DNA of 64,000 nucleotides from an uncultured Chitinophagaceae bacterium (GTDB taxonomy: Bacteria > Bacteroidota > Bacteroidia > Chitinophagales > Chitinophagaceae), in the NCBI GenBank assembly GCA_963756945.1, contig CAVWQJ010000005.1, forward strand, positions 218,123 to 282,122. The letters run 5' to 3'. The notes below the pieces were generated by a model. It made no database searches, was not told the DNA's origin, and saw nothing but the letters and a program-made list of their open reading frames with translations. Below, one piece after another: positions 60,998 to 64,000 of this stretch. Within the stretch, counting starts at the first letter, position 1. Each line of letters begins with the position of its first letter. The position numbers were made by a program, and so were the translations under genes.

Positions 60998-62065
60998 ATG
61001 CATTTATTAGCAATTGATTGGGTTGTATTTACTGAAAAACTTGTTCTGATAATTGTAGTGGTAAGTGCTTCTCTTCTTATTGCTATGTATTCTACTTATG
61101 CTGAACGTAAAGTGGCTGCAATAATCCAGGACAGGCGGGGACCAAATCGTGCAGGCCCTTTTGGAATATTGCAACCTGTGGCCGATGGTATAAAATTATT
61201 TTTTAAAGAAGAGATTATTCCGAGATACTCATCAAAGTTTCTTTTCATTCTTGGCCCAAGCATTGCTATGCTCACAGCAATAATGATTGGTGCAGTAATT
61301 CCATGGGGAAATAAAATTCATCTTTTTAACCGCGATATTTCATTGCAAATCGCAGATGTAAACATTGGCATCTTGTATGTTTTTGGAATAGTGAGTCTTG
61401 GCGTTTATGGCATAATGATTGGCGGCTGGGCAAGTAATAATAAATTCTCTTTGTTGGGCGCCATGAGAGCAGCTTCTTCAATAATAAGCTATGAGCTTGC
61501 GATGGGCATCACCCTTATTGCGCTTTTAATGCTTTCAGGAACCTTAAGCCTTAGAACAATGGTTGATCAGCAAATGGATCATTGGTGGTATATTTTCAAA
61601 CAACCGTTAGGCTTTTTAATTTTTCTTATTTGCGCCTTTGCTGAAACAAACCGTACACCTTTTGATTTATCTGAAGCTGAGAACGAATTGATAGGTGGTT
61701 ATCATTCTGAATATTCATCTATGAAATTAGGCTTCTATTTATTTGCCGAATACGTGAATATGTTTTTGAGCAGCGCTGTTATGGTCACTTTATTTTTTGG
61801 AGGATATGACATTCCTTTTGTGAATGATCATACCTTAATAAATGCAGTAGGAACCAACTGGATGGCGATTTTGCAGGGAGGGGTGTTTTTTATAAAAATT
61901 GTTTGCTTCCTGTTTTTGTTTATGTGGGTGCGTTGGACGATTCCTCGTTTCCGGTATGATCAGTTGATGAATCTTGGCTGGAAAATATTACTGCCGTTGG
62001 CGTTATTTAATATGCTCGTGACTGGTGCCATTATTTTGTTACATCAAAACAATTGGCATTTTTAA
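60998..62065 (+). CDS. nuoH: NADH-quinone oxidoreductase subunit H (start moved to MHLLA)
   Basis: ERKVAA.IQDRRGPN, ETNRTPFDL.EAE, PRFRYDQLM. Confidence 0.95.
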   Translation: MHLLAIDWVVFTEKLVLIIVVVSASLLIAMYSTYAERKVAAIIQDRRGPNRAGPFGILQPVADGIKLFFKEEIIPRYSSKFLFILGPSIAMLTAIMIGAVIPWGNKIHLFNRDISLQIADVNIGILYVFGIVSLGVYGIMIGGWASNNKFSLLGAMRAASSIISYELAMGITLIALLMLSGTLSLRTMVDQQMDHWWYIFKQPLGFLIFLICAFAETNRTPFDLSEAENELIGGYHSEYSSMKLGFYLFAEYVNMFLSSAVMVTLFFGGYDIPFVNDHTLINAVGTNWMAILQGGVFFIKIVCFLFLFMWVRWTIPRFRYDQLMNLGWKILLPLALFNMLVTGAIILLHQNNWHF

Positions 62066-62176
62066 AAGAGTAGATAAAAATCATTTTTAAATGAATTGCA
62101 GTTATAAATTAAAATATACTTTTGCGAACAATAAATTTAAACTTGTTTATAACAGGAATAAAAGAAGGAGGTCGCT

Positions 62177-62743
62177 ATGCAGGCACTAACTAACAGAGTA
62201 AAACCTGTTGACAGAAGAAAAATGAACGCCTGGGAAAGAATGTATTTACCTGAAATTCTCAGGGGGATGTTCATTACTTTCAAACACATCTTCAGAAAAA
62301 AAGTTACTATAAATTATCCCGAACAAACAAGACCTTTCAGTCCGGTATTTAGGGGTTTGCAAATTTTGAACAGGGATGAAGAAGGCCGTGAGAATTGCAC
62401 TGCATGCGGCCTGTGTGCAGTTGCCTGCCCGGCAGAAGCGATAACTATGGAAGCGGCTGAGCGCCAGCCCGGTGAAGAGCATTTATACAGGGAAGAAAAA
62501 TATGCGGCTAAATACGAGATCAATATGTTGCGCTGCATATTTTGTGGTTTATGCGAAGAAGCATGTCCTAAAGATGCTGTTTATTTAAGTGAAACTTTTG
62601 CTCCTGCCAATTATCAGCGCAAGGGATTTATTTACGGTAAAAAAGATTTGTTGATTCCTCATCCTAAAGAAGATCCGGAAGCTTATGCAAAAGCAAAAGG
62701 CAGCCGTAAGTTGCATCCTGAAGGACACGGAAATGAAAAGTAA
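62177..62743 (+). CDS. nuoI: NADH-quinone oxidoreductase subunit I
   Basis: Two CxxCxxCxxxCP motifs. Confidence 0.94.
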   Translation: MQALTNRVKPVDRRKMNAWERMYLPEILRGMFITFKHIFRKKVTINYPEQTRPFSPVFRGLQILNRDEEGRENCTACGLCAVACPAEAITMEAAERQPGEEHLYREEKYAAKYEINMLRCIFCGLCEEACPKDAVYLSETFAPANYQRKGFIYGKKDLLIPHPKEDPEAYAKAKGSRKLHPEGHGNEK

Positions 62744-62809
62744 TGAATAGACAATGACCAATAGGCAATAAAATAAACAACTGAACCTGAAAACTTTATT
62801 ATACATCAC

Positions 62810-62843
62810 GTCCTTCTCCTTCGGAGAAGGGTTGGGATGAGGC
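62810..62843 (+). repeat. Dispersed 34-nt REP-like repeat, copy 3
   Basis: GTCCTTCTCCTTCGGAGAAGGGTTGGGATGAGGC. Confidence 0.75.
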
Positions 62844-62855
62844 TAAAAAAAGTAC

Positions 62856-63368
62856 ATGGCAACTACGCAAATTTTATTCTGGTTTTTATCTGCGCTGGCA
62901 GTAGCGGGAGCCATTGGAGTTATTTCCTGCAAAAATCCACTGTATGGCGTTCTATGGCTCATCATCGTTTTCTTTGCAATTTCCGGCCACTATGTTTTAA
63001 TGAATGCACAATTTCTTGCTATTGTAAACATTATCGTTTATGCCGGGGCAATTATGGTGCTCTTCACCTTTGTGGTTATGTTTATCGATTTAAATGAACA
63101 TCCTGAAATTCCTAAAAATATTTATATAAAAATTGCCGGGCTAATCGCAGGCTTGTGTTTGTTGATTGTATTAGTAGCTGCACTTGCACATTCATCAAGC
63201 ACTAAAATTGAAATGGGAATTGGATCTGGCGTAGGTTTAATTAAATATCTTGGAAGAACTTTATTTAATGATTATGTTGTTCCTTTTGAAATAAGCAGCG
63301 TATTGTTTCTGAGTGCGATGATTGGTGCTGTAATTATTGGTAAAAAAGAAAAAGAACTAAAAGCTTAA
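62856..63368 (+). CDS. nuoJ: NADH-quinone oxidoreductase subunit J
   Basis: IVYAGAIMVLF, PFEISSVL. Confidence 0.92.
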   Translation: MATTQILFWFLSALAVAGAIGVISCKNPLYGVLWLIIVFFAISGHYVLMNAQFLAIVNIIVYAGAIMVLFTFVVMFIDLNEHPEIPKNIYIKIAGLIAGLCLLIVLVAALAHSSSTKIEMGIGSGVGLIKYLGRTLFNDYVVPFEISSVLFLSAMIGAVIIGKKEKELKA

Positions 63369-63370
63369 GT

Positions 63371-63697
63371 ATGCAAATTGAGTGTTACATAATTTTATCA
63401 ATTGCTTTGTTTTGCATAGGTGTTGCGGGTGCGCTTACACGTCGTAACGCTATTATTGTATTTATGTGTATTGAGCTTATGCTCAACTCGGTGAATTTGT
63501 TACTAGTTGCATTTTCCAAAATGCATCTTGGCGATGCGGTACCCAATCCCCAGTCGGCAATCAACGCACAAATATTTGTCTTCTTTATTATGATTGTTGC
63601 TGCTGCGGAAGTAAGTGTGGGGCTTGCGATAATTGTAATGATGTACCGAAATACAAAATCTATTGATATTAATTTTTTAAACAGGCTTAAAAACTAA
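63371..63697 (+). CDS. nuoK: NADH-quinone oxidoreductase subunit K
   Basis: RRN, ELMLN, VAAAEVSVGLA. Confidence 0.93.
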   Translation: MQIECYIILSIALFCIGVAGALTRRNAIIVFMCIELMLNSVNLLLVAFSKMHLGDAVPNPQSAINAQIFVFFIMIVAAAEVSVGLAIIVMMYRNTKSIDINFLNRLKN

Positions 63698-63748
63698 TTG
63701 AGGATAAAATAATTTAGTTTTCTTTTCATTTTTATACCGGCTGTATTT

Positions 63749-64000
63749 ATGATGAATATATTTGATGAAGCTTATTTAATTCCTTTATTGCCTTTTCTCG
63801 GCTTTCTCATTATCGGGCTTGGAAGAAAAGTTATTCCAAAAAAAATTACAGCAATTATAGGAAGCGGTGTAATATTTATTTCTTTTTGTATAAGTATATT
63901 AATATTTATCGGCGTTTCAAAAGAAGGGTTTACCGCCCAACATATCAGTTATTTTTCATTTATTGATATTGGAAAATTAAAGATTCCATTCGAATTTCAA
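63749..64000 (+). CDS. nuoL: NADH-quinone oxidoreductase subunit L, 5' part (runs off the window)
   Basis: MMNIFDEAYLIPLLPFLGFLIIGLG, follows nuoK. Confidence 0.8.
   Translation, partial: MMNIFDEAYLIPLLPFLGFLIIGLGRKVIPKKITAIIGSGVIFISFCISILIFIGVSKEGFTAQHISYFSFIDIGKLKIPFEFQ

Overview
AT-rich Bacteroidota DNA, most likely Chitinophagaceae (inferred from the short RpoD-type sigma, TAnnTTTG promoters, short NuoG and gene content). Most of the window is core genome: bioA, queG, clpB, GSIII, purL, rfaD, pyrG, lolA, ubiX, lptF, rimM, dinB, rlmN, hisS and the nuoA-L start of complex I. I found no rRNA, tRNA, CRISPR array or prophage. The most interesting signals are non-coding. (1) A tandem pair of ~111-nt three-hairpin RNAs at 28.0-28.3 kb whose differences nearly all preserve base pairing; copy 2 has an ECF-like promoter and the invariant core is antisense to AUG-AAA-AA starts. 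(2) A ~110-nt rod-shaped RNA behind an orphan consensus promoter at 31.4 kb. (3) Two ECF promoter motifs readable from repeated instances. (4) A RAYT transposase whose REP palindromes sit inside it and supply stop codons. (5) Other REP-like repeats, one inserted in frame in rfaD. (6) Toxin-antitoxin-like cargo genes interleaved in the nuo operon. Many single-base indels break conserved genes (hisS, purL, nuoG, queG, rluA); these are most likely sequencing or assembly errors.
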